DNA of 64,000 bases, taken from assembly GCA_963693365.1 (NCBI GenBank), contig CAVNZM010000005.1:11679728-11743727 (forward strand). The letters are read 5' to 3'. This stretch comes from Amoebidium appalachense. Lineage: Eukaryota > Protista > Ichthyosporea. The notes below the pieces were generated by a model, which searched no databases, was not told where the DNA came from, and saw nothing but the letters and a program-made list of their open reading frames with translations. This document shows, in pieces, positions 14,153 to 26,772 of the stretch. The stretch's first letter is position 1. Each line of letters begins with the position of its first letter. A program made the translations under genes and the position numbers.

Positions 14153-14670
14153 TCTTGCCCTTCCGTGTGTGTATTTCCTCCCCTGGTGCTGACATAGCTT
14201 GGACAGACCTTTTTCAATTGGCGGTGGACCATAACAGGTTGCTGGGCAGCCCTTGTTTGGACTCTTTGCGCAGTTAACCTAGCGTGTGGTTTGCTTTTGG
14301 AGGAAGACACCCTTTGGGAAGGAGAGTGGCTGTTGTGGCGGGCATTTGGCAAGAAGGGACTTCTGTGTGTGTGCGTGGGGGGGGGGGGGGGGGGGGGGAT
14401 ATGGTGGTTCATGTGGGGTCGGCGCCCGGTCTTACATTCCTTATATGGGTGATCCAATCGAGCCGGTTTCAATCTAAACCAACAACAAAGGCAATTTGAC
14501 CACGTTTTTTTGCCGGTACACGTCCCTACATGTGTGCCTGCTACACTCCTAACTGGCGGTTTTACTGACATAAACCCCCACCACATCCAGATTTTCGGGC
14601 CTATTCTGCCCATTATTGGCATCGATAGCATCGACGAGGCTGTGCAGTTTATTAATTCTAGGTAACCTAC

Positions 14671-14741
<71 letters not shown>

Positions 14742-14952
14742 CCCCCTATATGCCGACACACCTGTCCGCCCACCCCCGTAGCTATCTCTCCTCGAGACTC
14801 CACGAGCTGTTTTCTTTTTTTCTGTATAGGTCTATATGCCGATAAAGTTTCAGTTTGCTAATCAACAGGCAGTGTCGATCGTGAATTCAGCACTTTTCTT
14901 TTGTGCGCAGATTTAGTCGCTTGTCCCCCCCCCCCCCCCCCCCCCCCTTCCC

Positions 14953-15030
<78 letters not shown>

Positions 15031-16009
15031 GACAGATGATTTTGCTCTGGCTCGTACTGACATTCGTAGGTACCATGCTTCACACATCATTTTTCCCTTT
15101 TCACTTCTCTATCGTGTTGCCTACAGTTAGGGCTTGGCCCGTGCATCACGATCCTCATGTCCAGATGCAACAAATGTGACTGGTTACCGTACACCCACTT
15201 TGTCACTCCACTGGCCCCAGGCAACGGCACGTGAGAATTCCCGTGGGGGTCCTCGCAATGTTGACCTATATCGATGATTCTTTCCAGTCCAGTTGTTCTT
15301 TCCCGCAATACGTGTTCGTCGACAATATCATTATGATGAAATTCATACACAGTCAGTGAACCTTATATAACCCAACCATCTACTAGAACTCACCCACTAC
15401 CCAACACAGAGACAAACCCCTTGCCCTGTACGTGTTTGGCAAGAAGCCAGTAGTGGATAAACTAATTGTGGAGACAGCGGCCGGGGGTGTGTGTGCAAAT
15501 GACACGGTTATGCACTTTGCAGGTAGCTTTGCCCTCTCTCTCTCCCCCCCCCCCCCCCTCCCTCCCCCCTGTCTTCCTCCCCCCCCCCCCCCCCCCCCCG
15601 CCCCCTCCCACATACACACACACACAACACATGGGCGCATGCACATACACACAGACAAACATAACACAAACACAAACACGCCTAGACCGCTAAACGTAGT
15701 GTTAATTTCCGTTGAGCCTGTCTGAGCTTACTGGTACGTTAATCGGTGTCTGTAGGATGGTTGGGGTTATCTCAAAAGGTCGACCGGTATATGAGGCTTG
15801 TAGGTGACACTTATGCGATGTAATGTTTGAGGTTGCTGTATTGTTGGCACAACAAAGGGACTCGTGTGTGACATGTGGGTGTGCGTAGATTTCATCTTGT
15901 GCTAATGCACACTGCTGTTGCGCACTTTTACATATACGTGATCTGGGACTCGTTCTTTCCTTGAACAATAGGTATGGATATTGGACACATGTGCAAGCAC
16001 ATGTGTGTG

Positions 16010-16046
<37 letters not shown>

Positions 16047-16048
16047 CC

Positions 16049-16079
<31 letters not shown>

Positions 16080-16441
16080 GAGCCTCCTCCACCACCCTCA
16101 ACCCATTCAGATCATTCCATATGCACTCAATGTTTCACTCATTAGATATAACACTCACTCACTCACCATCACGAACACACACACACACACATACACACAC
16201 ACACACACACACCACACAGTGCACAGTCTGCCTTTTGGCGGTATTGGGCCCAGCGGGATGGGTGCCTACCACGGACACCACACGTTTGAAGTGTTCTCCC
16301 ACATGAAGGTACATGCCCACCTCGTGTTGAACTCCATCCAGCTATGTCGTGCTAATTCAGATTCAGACATCTTTTACGCCTCACGCCTATACACATGCAC
16401 ACCTGGACACACACACACACTCACTCACCTTCCCCCTTCCC

Positions 16442-16474
<33 letters not shown>

Positions 16475-16476
16475 AC

Positions 16477-16518
<42 letters not shown>

Positions 16519-16766
16519 GACACACATTTGCAAGTCCGTGGGTGTGTGGCATAATCCAAGGCATTAATATAGTTTACGGCAAAGCCATTGCCAGTCCATT
16601 TATCTCTTCGTCCAACCAGTCAAATGTAAAATCGGCCTTTAGGGTTTCATGGGATGTTTGTGGGTTTATTTCACAAAGTGCTAAATGAAAAGGAATATGA
16701 TACCGCCGTCTAGATTGCAGGAGATGACCCATGGGGAGATGAGGGCGAGCTGGGGTTGGTGGTGGT

Positions 16767-16798
<32 letters not shown>

Positions 16799-17071
16799 GG
16801 ATGGGATGGGGGGTCAGTTTGAAAATCTGATGTAGGTCCCCCGGGGGGGGGGGGGGGGGGGGGGGTTCCTGAGGTTATTTATGCGAACATTCAGATGCTG
16901 GACTAAGTTTTTTTTTGTTTTTTTTGCCCGCAGCCGGTGATGATTCGGCCCCAGGGCCTGGAGATAGCCAACCTGCCCCGCTATGCCCCCCTGACCCCAG
17001 CCAAGTTCAACGTGCTCAAGAGGATCGTGCCCAGAGTCACGGATAACTTCATTATGAGGATGCTCCGCTGA
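5526..17071 (+). CDS. ALDH3: Aldehyde dehydrogenase, class 3 (fatty aldehyde dehydrogenase-like), 12 exons, ~505 aa
   Basis: Exons 5526-5642, 6904-7095, 8228-8358, 9093-9219, 10152-10327, 11252-11429, 12724-12823, 13785-13870, 14591-14661, 15410-15522, 16220-16308, 16934-17071. All introns GT-AG and phase-consistent (1518 nt). Motifs: [45 protein letters not shown] (catalytic Glu), [11 protein letters not shown] (catalytic Cys), [33 protein letters not shown]. Confidence 0.96.
11840..12085. mobile_element. Possible piggyBac-like non-autonomous element remnant in ALDH intron 6
   Basis: AT-rich non-microsatellite island ending GCCGGCCCGAAGAGG|TTAA (CCYY..TTAA-type terminus). Matching left end not found. 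Confidence 0.3.
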
Positions 17072-17211
17072 TCGTGCCGATACATGGGGTTTATCTCGGT
17101 GATTAGTCAAATGATGTTTGGGTGTGAACATAGATAACCCATAGTCCCCCTCTATTCCTCAAGAAAGTTACAAACCACATGCGCTTTTTTGTATCCTCTA
17201 AACGCGAGCAC

Positions 17212-17263
<52 letters not shown>

Positions 17264-17811
17264 TTCTCTCACTCGCTCGCTCTCTCCACTATATATATAT
17301 ATATATACTATATATATATATATATATATATTGTATGTATGTATATATCCCCTCCCCCTCCCCCCCTTTCGCTCTCTCTCTCTCTTTTCTCTCCTTCCCC
17401 GTTCCACTTGATTTCAATGAGAGTGCCTTTCAGCTTGGAGCACTGCAAGTATTTGTGGGGAGGGGAATGATTGTGCCTTTTAATTTTAAAATCAGGCCTG
17501 CATAATAAGCAACGTATTTTGTGGGTTTATGGGACTAACGGGACGTCATTGTGAATGCACGTAGCAGTTGGTGTACCATTTGGGTGCACTGGTTTTGGGT
17601 GACACTGTACAAATCTACGTCAAGTGAAAAACTCTCACTGGTGTACAAACATAATATTGACTTCGTGTGGCTCGGCTTAGGCTCCGAGTCTTGTAAAAAA
17701 AAAAAAAAAACGTTTTTTAGCGTGCTTTTGCCTTCTTTCATCCATGGTCTCTCTGTTTCTTTTTCTGTTTCTTTTCCATTCTTTTCTTTTCTTTCCCTTT
17801 TTTTTTTTTTT

Positions 17812-17863
<52 letters not shown>

Positions 17864-18169
17864 GGGGGGGAGGGGGGGGGGGACGACGGAAAAAATCGCT
17901 GAGCCCAAAAGAAACGACCCACACGTTGCGATTTAATAGAATACCAAGGGGACCTAACAGGACCCCATTAAACTTTTAAGATTTACGAACCAATGTTTTG
18001 AATATATTTGCGGGTGAAGGCCCCCTCATGCAACCCACGTGTTTGGGGGAGGGGAGGGTTACTGGGGATGAAGAACCTCGTAGATGATTTTCTTACTGTT
18101 TATTTCTCCTTTTTCTAGCTTTGGGGCCAGGTGGGGAAGGAAGCCTTTCCGCCGAGCCTCAGGGGAAGG

Positions 18170-18207
<38 letters not shown>

Positions 18208-18700
18208 TATTGCGAAAGCTACTGAGCAGCAATTTACGAGAAAAAAAACATCCAATGAACCTTGGAAGATCATGAGACGAGGGGTTTTGCATATTGACAA
18301 CCCTAGTCAGTGCAGAAGAAAAACAACACAGGCGGCACAGTCGGCTTATAGATAGGTAATATATTCAAGTTGTGAGGGGAAAAGGGAAGGGAGCCCCTGA
18401 GGGGAGCTGATCAGATTTCGGGAGGGAACCGGGATGCACGTAGTTGTGGTTTGGTGGGCCTTGGTGGGCCCGAAATGGTCAAGTGGGTGGGTGGGTGGTG
18501 GTGGTGGTGGTGGCGGTGGTGTACATGTGTGCCACGGTGTGTGTGTGTGTGTTGGGGGGGGGGGGGAGGGGGGAGAAGAGAGAGAGAGAGAGAAGAAAGA
18601 GTGAGAGAGTGTGTGTGTGAGAGAGAGAGAGATAGAGAGAGAGGGAGGGAGGGAGGGAGAGGGAGAGGGAGAGGGGGGGGTGGGGGCGGGGGGGAGAGAG

Positions 18701-18802
<102 letters not shown>

Positions 18803-18947
18803 GGGGGGGGGGGGGGGGGAGGGGGGGGGGAGAACGGGAGACGAAGCCTTGCGATCAGGGGCTGGAGCTGGGCGTGGCGGCCGCGGGAGGGCCGTGTGCG
18901 CACTGCCAGTGTTTTGGTGGTGGTGGTGGCCCAGCTAGTGGGGCCGG

Positions 18948-18999
<52 letters not shown>

Positions 19000-19389
19000 T
19001 TCTTACCTGTAATTGATACAAAAACGGTTTTTTTTTGGAGAATGCACGTAAAAAGACTATGTAGGTGATTTCCTATTAATAGCCTTGAGCCATGAATGGA
19101 TATCGATATGCGATATTCCCAGGCCCCGCCTGCCCCCGCCGGGGCCCGCCCGACGGCGCCCGTGGCCGCGCGTGTACTGTGCTACCCACCAAATATGGTT
19201 CACATAATCCAGGGATCCAATCGGCAAACGCGAAGTTGGTATTTCGCCCAGCCATCTAAATTAGTAGTTAGCCATTTTAGGTATCGTCAAACAGCATAAA
19301 TTTTGTTGATTGGGTACGAGCAGATGACGATTCAACTGGCTCTCTTTCTTCATCAAGGTTGAAGGCACTCAGTAATTGCGTCTTGCCGC

Positions 19390-19935
19390 GGCTCGCTTCG
19401 CTCGCTTCGGGCCACGTGCAGCCGGCCCGGCCCGGGGGGTCCGCTAGGCCGTTTGCTATTTTATACATGTACATGTTGGCTCGCTTCGCTCGCATTTTGG
19501 GGGGCATCGATATCCTGGCTATCTTTTTGCGTGTAGGCTCGCTTCGCTCGCATTTCGGGGGGCAAGTTCGCAATTTTTTAACGGTAGGCTCGCTTCGCTC
19601 GCATTTTGCGGGGGGGGGGGATTATAATACAGGGGAAGGCCCTTGCATTCCGGGGCCCTTGAAGGATCAGGGCCGCGAACCGCAGTCCCATCACCAGTGG
19701 TCCGGTCCGCCACCAGTGTTATGCTCCTGGCTCGCTTCGCTCGCATTTGGGGGGTCTCTCATCGATATCCTGATGACTATTTTTTTACGTTTAGGCTCGC
19801 TTCGCTCGCATTTGGGGGGCAAGTTTGCTACTTTCTTTTACATGTAGGCTCGCTTCGCTCGCATTTGGGGGGCAGGTTTGCTATTTTTTATTTTTTTTTA
19901 CATGTAGGCTCGGTTCGCTCGCATTTGGGGGGCAC
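19390..19935. repeat. Array of 8 GGCTCGCTTCGCTCGC(ATTTGGGGG) motifs, likely subterminal repeats of a non-autonomous DNA transposon
   Basis: Copies start at ~19390, 19478, 19536, 19587, 19729, 19794, 19847 and 19907. Spacers are related T-rich sequences, most ending (A)CGTGTA/CATGTA/CGGTA/CGTTTA, arranged in two duplicated blocks. Confidence 0.8.
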
Positions 19936-20406
19936 ACGTGCCCGTCTGACGTCGCACTAGAATAAAGAAATTATCGGAAACTGGTATACGCCATGTAGCA
20001 GCGTAGCCTTGAGCTTCGCTACTGCGAAATTTCAACGGGACTCACACACATAAACAAACTTGACATATGTATTTTGTTCTCAATTTGTTGAAAGCGATGA
20101 TTGGCTAGGGTATATTGTAAAGACCATATATGGATCAATGTTTACATTCCTATGTGACACAGGGCGTTCGTGCGCCATATGTATTGTGCACAACAAGTCA
20201 CGCACATTAGTGCCTAATTATAAGGATTGCGTTATGCCGAGTAAGCAAAGAAAGAATTATATTTTATTGATATTTTCATTTTACGGCAGGGGCAGATCAT
20301 AGATGCTCATAAAACACGGTGTCTCTCTGCAGTCGAATATTCAGTGGTTCACACCCTCTGACACATGATTCGCTAAATATCATACACTACGGTGACCGAG
20401 TGTACC

Positions 20407-20414
20407 TATATAAA
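20407..20414 (+). promoter_or_regulatory. TATA box of the CBM20 membrane-protein gene
   Basis: CCTATATAAAT about 170 nt upstream of an ATG in good Kozak context (ACACCATG). Confidence 0.5.
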
Positions 20415-20578
20415 TCTCTTCACCGCTGCTCCTGTTGGCCACTCAGTTGCTACTGCCTTAGAATTCACCCAACCCCACCCTTTACTCGTAGGCATTAGAA
20501 GCATCTGAGCGTCATAGCACCTACCTTTTGGGCTCTAAGCACAAATAACAGTAGCAATTATTTGCCTCATATTACACC

Positions 20579-22399
20579 ATGCCGGGGACACAGGCATCCG
20601 TGCGTGCGCTGTGTGTAGCCGGCCTTATGGCCGTGGCCGGGGCCCAACAACAACAGGGCACCCGTGTAGGCGCCGTGGTGCCCCCCCTCTTGATTAAGAA
20701 CGGTCCGCCCCCAGTAACAGCACTTCCACCAAAACCCGGCCAGCCTGCACCGGCACCACAACCGCAGCCCGCAGACCCGGGTTATGGGACAACACGCGAT
20801 GTTGCCGGGCAGGCAGTGAACCCAAACACTCCTGCGATTGATGCGGCCAGGCCAAACATCCCCATTGCTAGTCAGGCAGCTGCAGGCTCGGTCAGTGTGA
20901 CCACCACAACGGCCACTGTTGTTCTCGCGCGCAATGTCACGGTCACCACAACCCTGACCACTCCTGTTCTTGTGCCTGTGGTGCCCGTCACATCTATCCC
21001 CTCCTCGATCGCGAGCTCTGTTGTTGCTCCCTTGCGCACCGCTCAGCCCAACCCGGTTTCTACGACAGCCCCCACCACCTCTTCTTCATCTGTCACCCCG
21101 GCCTCCACGACGCCCGCCGTTGCCCCTCGGCCATCCGTTTCTTCCGCGCCTGTTCCCGTTGCCTCTGCGCCCGCCCAACCCAGCCCGTCCACCGTTACCC
21201 CCACCCCCTCATCTGTTCAGCCTCCAGCCAGTCCATCCATCTGGCGCCCAGCCTCCTCCTCCTCTGCTGCTGCCCCGGCTGTTGCATCCTCAGCCCCCGC
21301 ACATACCCCCGTGGCATCGGTACCCGTCAGCACACAGGCCCCAGGTGCCGTGTTGGGGGTTAAGTCACAGGCACCAGCAGCCGTGGTGCCTACCCCGAGT
21401 GTTGCCACTAGCCCCAGCAGCATTGTCAAACCGATTGCACCCGTGCCTTCTACCTCTGCATCGCACGTTGAAACTAGTACTGCCCACAGCACCCCGACCC
21501 AGGCACCCAGCAGTGCACAGGCCAAACCTGTTGCCAGCCAATCGCCCGCAGCCGCACAAACCCCCGTCCAGCCCGCCCATGCAGACAACAAGCCAGCCGT
21601 GACAAGTGTCAACCAGGTGCATGCCGTGGCCCCTCATCCCACCGGTGCCACAGCTGCAAACACGACCCGACCGGCAAATTCCACACAGCCTGCCGTTGCA
21701 ATCATGAGCCAGACACCCATGCATACCGGTCCCCTGGCCTCAGGTGGTGTCAGACCAATGCCTGCCACACCCCCCAAGGACACATCCAAGGATGTTAAAC
21801 CCGTGCCCTCTGGAACAGCAACGGCCATCAAGCAGATTGGGGAGGAGGGCACAAGCACCGGCCTGGAGGGGTGGCAGATTGCCGTTATTTCCGCCGTGGC
21901 CTGCCTTCTTCTTCTGACCATTGTTCTGGCTGTACTGTTGGTTCGCCGCTACAAAAAGACACACCCGGCCAAGGTCGTTATGTACAGCGACAAGAAGGCG
22001 CTTGTGCACGATGACCAGGAGCCAATCAGTGACGTCCCCATGACCCCTATGCCCCGTGCCGCCCCAGTTGGTGCACCAGCCGCCGTTGCCGACAAAATAG
22101 ACGTCACGTTTGCTCTCCATTGCAATCACGTATCCTCGAGCGAATATATCATTCTCACTGGTGCTGATCCTGCCCTGGGCAATTGGCAGGTATCGGCCGC
22201 CCCGTGCATGAAGTTTATGGGTGGGTCAAGATATATGTACACGGCGGCACTGCCTACGGACCAGGTGGTGGAGTATAAGTATGCGAAAATGCGCCCGGAC
22301 GGAACGACGGTGTATATGGATGGACCCTCTTTCGGTGTTATTACTGGCCGCAAATCGCATACGCTTGAGGCTACCCCGTGGCTTAAGTCTAGCTTCTGA
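20579..22399 (+). CDS. Intronless type-I membrane glycoprotein: signal peptide, Ser/Thr/Pro/Ala mucin-like stalk, TM helix, C-terminal CBM20 domain (606 aa)
   Basis: N-terminal VRALCVAGLMAVAGA signal-like segment. About 400 aa S/T/P/A/V-rich region with sequons NVT, NTT, NST. TM WQIAVISAVACLLLLTIVLAVLLV followed by RRYKK (positive-inside). C-terminal VTF...IILTGADPALGNW...LP...VEYKY...DG matches the CBM20 pattern. Confidence 0.88.
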   Translation: MPGTQASVRALCVAGLMAVAGAQQQQGTRVGAVVPPLLIKNGPPPVTALPPKPGQPAPAPQPQPADPGYGTTRDVAGQAVNPNTPAIDAARPNIPIASQAAAGSVSVTTTTATVVLARNVTVTTTLTTPVLVPVVPVTSIPSSIASSVVAPLRTAQPNPVSTTAPTTSSSSVTPASTTPAVAPRPSVSSAPVPVASAPAQPSPSTVTPTPSSVQPPASPSIWRPASSSSAAAPAVASSAPAHTPVASVPVSTQAPGAVLGVKSQAPAAVVPTPSVATSPSSIVKPIAPVPSTSASHVETSTAHSTPTQAPSSAQAKPVASQSPAAAQTPVQPAHADNKPAVTSVNQVHAVAPHPTGATAANTTRPANSTQPAVAIMSQTPMHTGPLASGGVRPMPATPPKDTSKDVKPVPSGTATAIKQIGEEGTSTGLEGWQIAVISAVACLLLLTIVLAVLLVRRYKKTHPAKVVMYSDKKALVHDDQEPISDVPMTPMPRAAPVGAPAAVADKIDVTFALHCNHVSSSEYIILTGADPALGNWQVSAAPCMKFMGGSRYMYTAALPTDQVVEYKYAKMRPDGTTVYMDGPSFGVITGRKSHTLEATPWLKSSF

Positions 22400-23214
22400 T
22401 TGGTTTATTGAGTTGCATTAAATTTAGGTCTTAACCAGTAGCAGTTAGAATTGTTTTTGTTGCTGAGATTTTTAAAAAAAATGCAGTAGTCAATTAACCG
22501 TAGATAGCAAGAGTGGATGTAGCTTTTTTTTATATAGCCAGCTTATCAATGTAAGTACACAAGGGGAAACAAAAAGCAACGTTGTACGAGTGCTTACTCT
22601 CCGAAAATTTGGAGCGTGTTTGTTTTGACTGACGATTTTTAACTCTGTTACATACATGAGCCGGTCTCAAAGAATAGAAAGAGCATAAGCTATAACTTCA
22701 TGACTTTGTGTCCATCAGATATTGCTGTTCCCCACATATCCCCCCTCCTCCCTCCCCCCCTTTAACAGGAAATTTTTGCACTGGGAAATCTTTGCACTGG
22801 AGGTTGATGTGAAAACCGAATTGTTGTGTCAAAAGGGTTTTCACTGAGTGTTTTTGTGCTCGTGTGTCATGTTAGCATTTTTATATGATTAACACGTTTA
22901 TAATAGCTGTTTTTGTTGAGTTTCTACCATTTTTTGGGTAGCCAAAAAAAGCCAGCTTTAAGTCCCCCTAAACCCCCCGTTACGGCGCAACGGGGGGGGG
23001 GGCAAGTGGAAGCTGAAGTCGACTAATTGACGATATTCAGCATAGAGCTGAAATCATACATTGAAACGCATAACCACCTAAACAGGGTAAAGGTATTCAT
23101 AAAAACAGAACAGAGACAGAACTCCATTTCGAACGAGGTTAGGTAGCCAATTTCTATAGAGTCTAGGAGGCGATCTAGTTCAAAAATCTCCCGGTGCAAA
23201 AATTTCCTGCGACC

Positions 23215-23247
<33 letters not shown>

Positions 23248-23444
23248 TGCCTTTCCCCCTTCAGCTAATGATATGATTATCAGCCAATCATCAATCACTT
23301 TGCCTCGTGTTTCCAACTGACAGTGTCGAAAATCCCTTCGTTTCACGAGACTCTCCCATTCCCTTCGCCCTCTTAAGTTCCCCCCTTCCCTGCCCCCCCC
23401 CCCCCCCTCCCCTCGCCTCAGTCCAGCTCGTTTACCCCCCCCCC

Positions 23445-23475
<31 letters not shown>

Positions 23476-25174
23476 CAAAGAAAAAAAAAAGAAAGAACCT
23501 CGGCATGCCGTCGAGCGCACCCTCCTCCTCCTACCCCCCCTCCCCCCCCCCCCACACCTCCCCCCCCCCCCCCCACACACACACACACGTGAACACACAC
23601 GCGCGCACACACACACACACAGGGGGCCCGGAGGGGGGTAGAGTAGCAAATCTCATGAGGGACGAAGACAGAGTGACATAAGACCCGTCCCCTCCCCCCT
23701 GCAGGAGAGAGGGGAAGTGGGGGGAGGGGGGGGGAGGGGGGAGGGAGAGAAGGGGGAGGGGAGGGGGGGGGGGGGGGGGGCAGGGATGGATAGGGATCAC
23801 GGTTGATTATTTGAGGCCCCAAATGGAGTGCAGGGGATTCCGAAGGGGCTGAGAAAGGGATAGGGGAGCTCGAGGGTGAACCCCACTAACTTTTGCATGC
23901 GCGCGAAACATGTCATGTAACCTGAGGCCTCTCCCTCTTTTACAAAAATGGTATTTTTTCTACCCCACCAAGCGGCAGCAAACCAATACACAGACTCCCC
24001 CCCTCCCCCTCCCTATCCCCTCCAAATACACACACACACTCTCTCTCTCTTTTGCGTCACACACAGAGTAAATACAGTCCACGGAAATTCTGTTTTAGAC
24101 TGATTCGTCGGCAAAAAGTGACTTTTCAGCAGATATACCCCGTGAATTTTATTTTGTTTATACAGTCCACGGCAATTCAGTGAATTTACTTTTTGTAAAG
24201 TGACTTTTCCACATGTACTCAATGAATTTTGTTGAACATAAAATTTGTCTTGGTGAAGAAGTTGGGATCTCAAACCCCTTCGAAAATTGTCTGTTTAGGC
24301 TCGGCAACTATAGGGTGTTTTGAATCCCCCCATCCCTCTCGCATCAAACCCCTCTACCTCGCCTGCTCTCAATCCTCCTGTTATTTCCAAAAACAAGCAA
24401 GAATATTCTGGAAACGTTGGAAAAAACCACTTTTCCTCAAAACAAATACCGCCGAAAAAGTTGTTATTTCCAATGCCGGAAACGTAGGGGAAAAGTGGTT
24501 CATTTTCAAAAACAAATGCCGGAAATGTTAGAAAAAAGATAAGCTGAGCGAACCATGTACCCCTGCCCTTACCACCCCAAAAAGGAAAAATTACTATATG
24601 CGGGGATACCCCTACCCCCCCCACCTCTAGCCCCTACATACGTGCATGGGGCAAGGTGCCGTCTTCGTGTCCGGCACGTGCACCCGTTAATTCTATCATC
24701 TGTGCATTATGGTAGCTATTGTACACTACATCGGGTCGAATCGGTCGAATCGGGTCAGCCCAGCCAGTGGCGCCAACGCAATATGCCTGAAAATCCGAGA
24801 GATATCCGCAGTAAAAGCCATTATGTCACATGTCATATCCCGGTATATACTTGTCTATCACTCTGTCATCTGTGATTCGGGTAGGATAACAAAAAATCTG
24901 GGGGGTTCCATCAGTCTGTCATGTATGATGATATGCTGCTTGTTCGAGCCGAATCGGAACCGGTCGAGCCACACGTTGGCCAGTATAGGTCGGAGCATTC
25001 CTCGAGCCATACTATGAAAAAAAAAAGTCTGCAGGAAACAAGTGTGCCTCCATGACTGGCCGTCGTCTCTCAGGGGCGCTCATGGGGCGAAAATTTTGTG
25101 CTTTCGGGTCGGGTAAGCAGCCACATTCGAATCGGGCCGAATGGCTCGAGTTGGTCTATAATGCCGGCCCGTTT

Positions 25175-26043
25175 CTAGTGGCTGGCCGACTGTTGCTGTG
25201 GGTGGGAGGCATGGTGGGGCACAGCGGCAACGACCTGCTCGGTGGGTACTGGGCCTTGCATCCACCTGCAACCAAAAATAGCACCGGTCAGATAAAAATC
25301 GCACCGGTCAGATAAAATGCCTGCATGCTCAGCAGGTGTGGGGTTTAAGGGAGCCCTTTTTTTTTTTTGGAAGGGGGGGGGGGGGGGGGGGGGGGGGGGG
25401 AGGGGGGGGGGGGAGAGATTACGAGGCGGGGAGGGGGGGGGGGGGGAGATCAAGGAGGAGGGGGAGGGGGGAGGGGGAAGGGATTAGAAGGGAAGGGGGA
25501 GGAGGGGGAGGGGAAGGGGGGGGAGGAGGGAACTAGATTCGCGGACGCTACTGTAATTTTCTCTCCCCAACTCCCTCAACACCTCTGCTTAAATTTCACC
25601 TTTCACCCAAAGCACAGTGCCACTTCACAATACTGCTCTATCCTATTGAGCTATATCCATTACCTTTGGTGTAATAGGTATTGCAGGACTTGAACCTACA
25701 ACAATTAACGTATAAAGTTAATGCTCTATCAATTAAACTAGATATATTATTAACATACAGAGCAGCTAAATACAGAAAATGCTGAAATCCGGAAAATGAC
25801 AATTTTGGAACTAAGAGAAGTAGATAACATTATGCATTCTTCAATGCTGCGGCAGTATCGACTCACTTGTGCCTGCGAATCTCCTGTGCAGTATATCTCG
25901 ACGGTGCATCAATGCAGATAATCCTGGGCAGCAGGTCGATGGCATCGGCCGTGAGATATTTCGGCGGCAGCTCCAGCCCGGCCATGAGTTCGGCCTCCGT
26001 CACCAGTGGGTCATAGAGAACATGCCGTGCTGACGTCCTGTAC

Positions 26044-26094
<51 letters not shown>

Positions 26095-26739
26095 GGAAGG
26101 GTTGTGTGGTTGTGTGTGTGTGTGTGTGTTTGTGTATGTGTTGGGGTGTGTGTTTGTGTATGTGTTTGTGGGGGGGAGGGGGGAAGGGGGGGGAAGACGG
26201 TAAGGGGGGAGAGACAGTGGTCAGGAAAGGACATGTACTTTGTCTAAAACAAATTCAGTAACCATGTTTGGGGGGGGGGGGGGGGGGGGGAGGCGGGGGG
26301 AGGGGGGAAGTGAAGGAAAGGGATTGTGTTTGCTGCATTGAGGTGTGGTTCAAGTAATAGCATCTTGGGAGAGGATGTTTTTTTCTCTCTACCTCACTCT
26401 CACACACACTTTTTTTTGTTGTTTTTTGGTGAGGGTGGGGCGGGAAGGGGGGGGGGGGGAGGGGGGGAGGAGGAGGGGAAGGGGAGGGGGAGGGGGAAAG
26501 AGGGGAGGAGGGGGAGAGGGGAGATGGGTGGGTATTATTCTCACATACTTGATGGTCTGACTGAGGCGCTTGAAGGGCATCTTGCCCAGCAGCATGTTGT
26601 AGAGTATCACCCCACAGGCCCAGATGTCCGCCGGCTGGCCGTAGTAGGCCTGCCTGTAGCGCACTAGCTCGGGGGCTGCATAGACACTCGACCCACACAC
26701 AGTAGAAAATAGGTCGTCCTCGGCTACCTTGCCAAACCT

Positions 26740-26772
<33 letters not shown>

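Noticed and set aside
19390-19935. CRISPR-like repeat-spacer array
   Set aside because: Spacers are homologous to each other and uneven in length, there are no cas genes, and the context is eukaryotic.
20970-22421. Overlapping alternative-frame and antisense ORFs within the CBM20 gene
   Set aside because: Shadow ORFs of a GC-rich, low-complexity CDS with no recognisable motifs.
22974-23002. Helitron 3' hairpin CCCCCCGTT-ACGGCGC-AACGGGGGG
   Set aside because: Not followed by CTRR, and the stem is largely C/G runs that are ubiquitous here.
25070-25177. Stop-codon readthrough of the kinase (open frame continues ~34 codons past TAG)
   Set aside because: The TAG-A context is not a leaky one, and this length is expected by chance in GC-rich 3' UTR.
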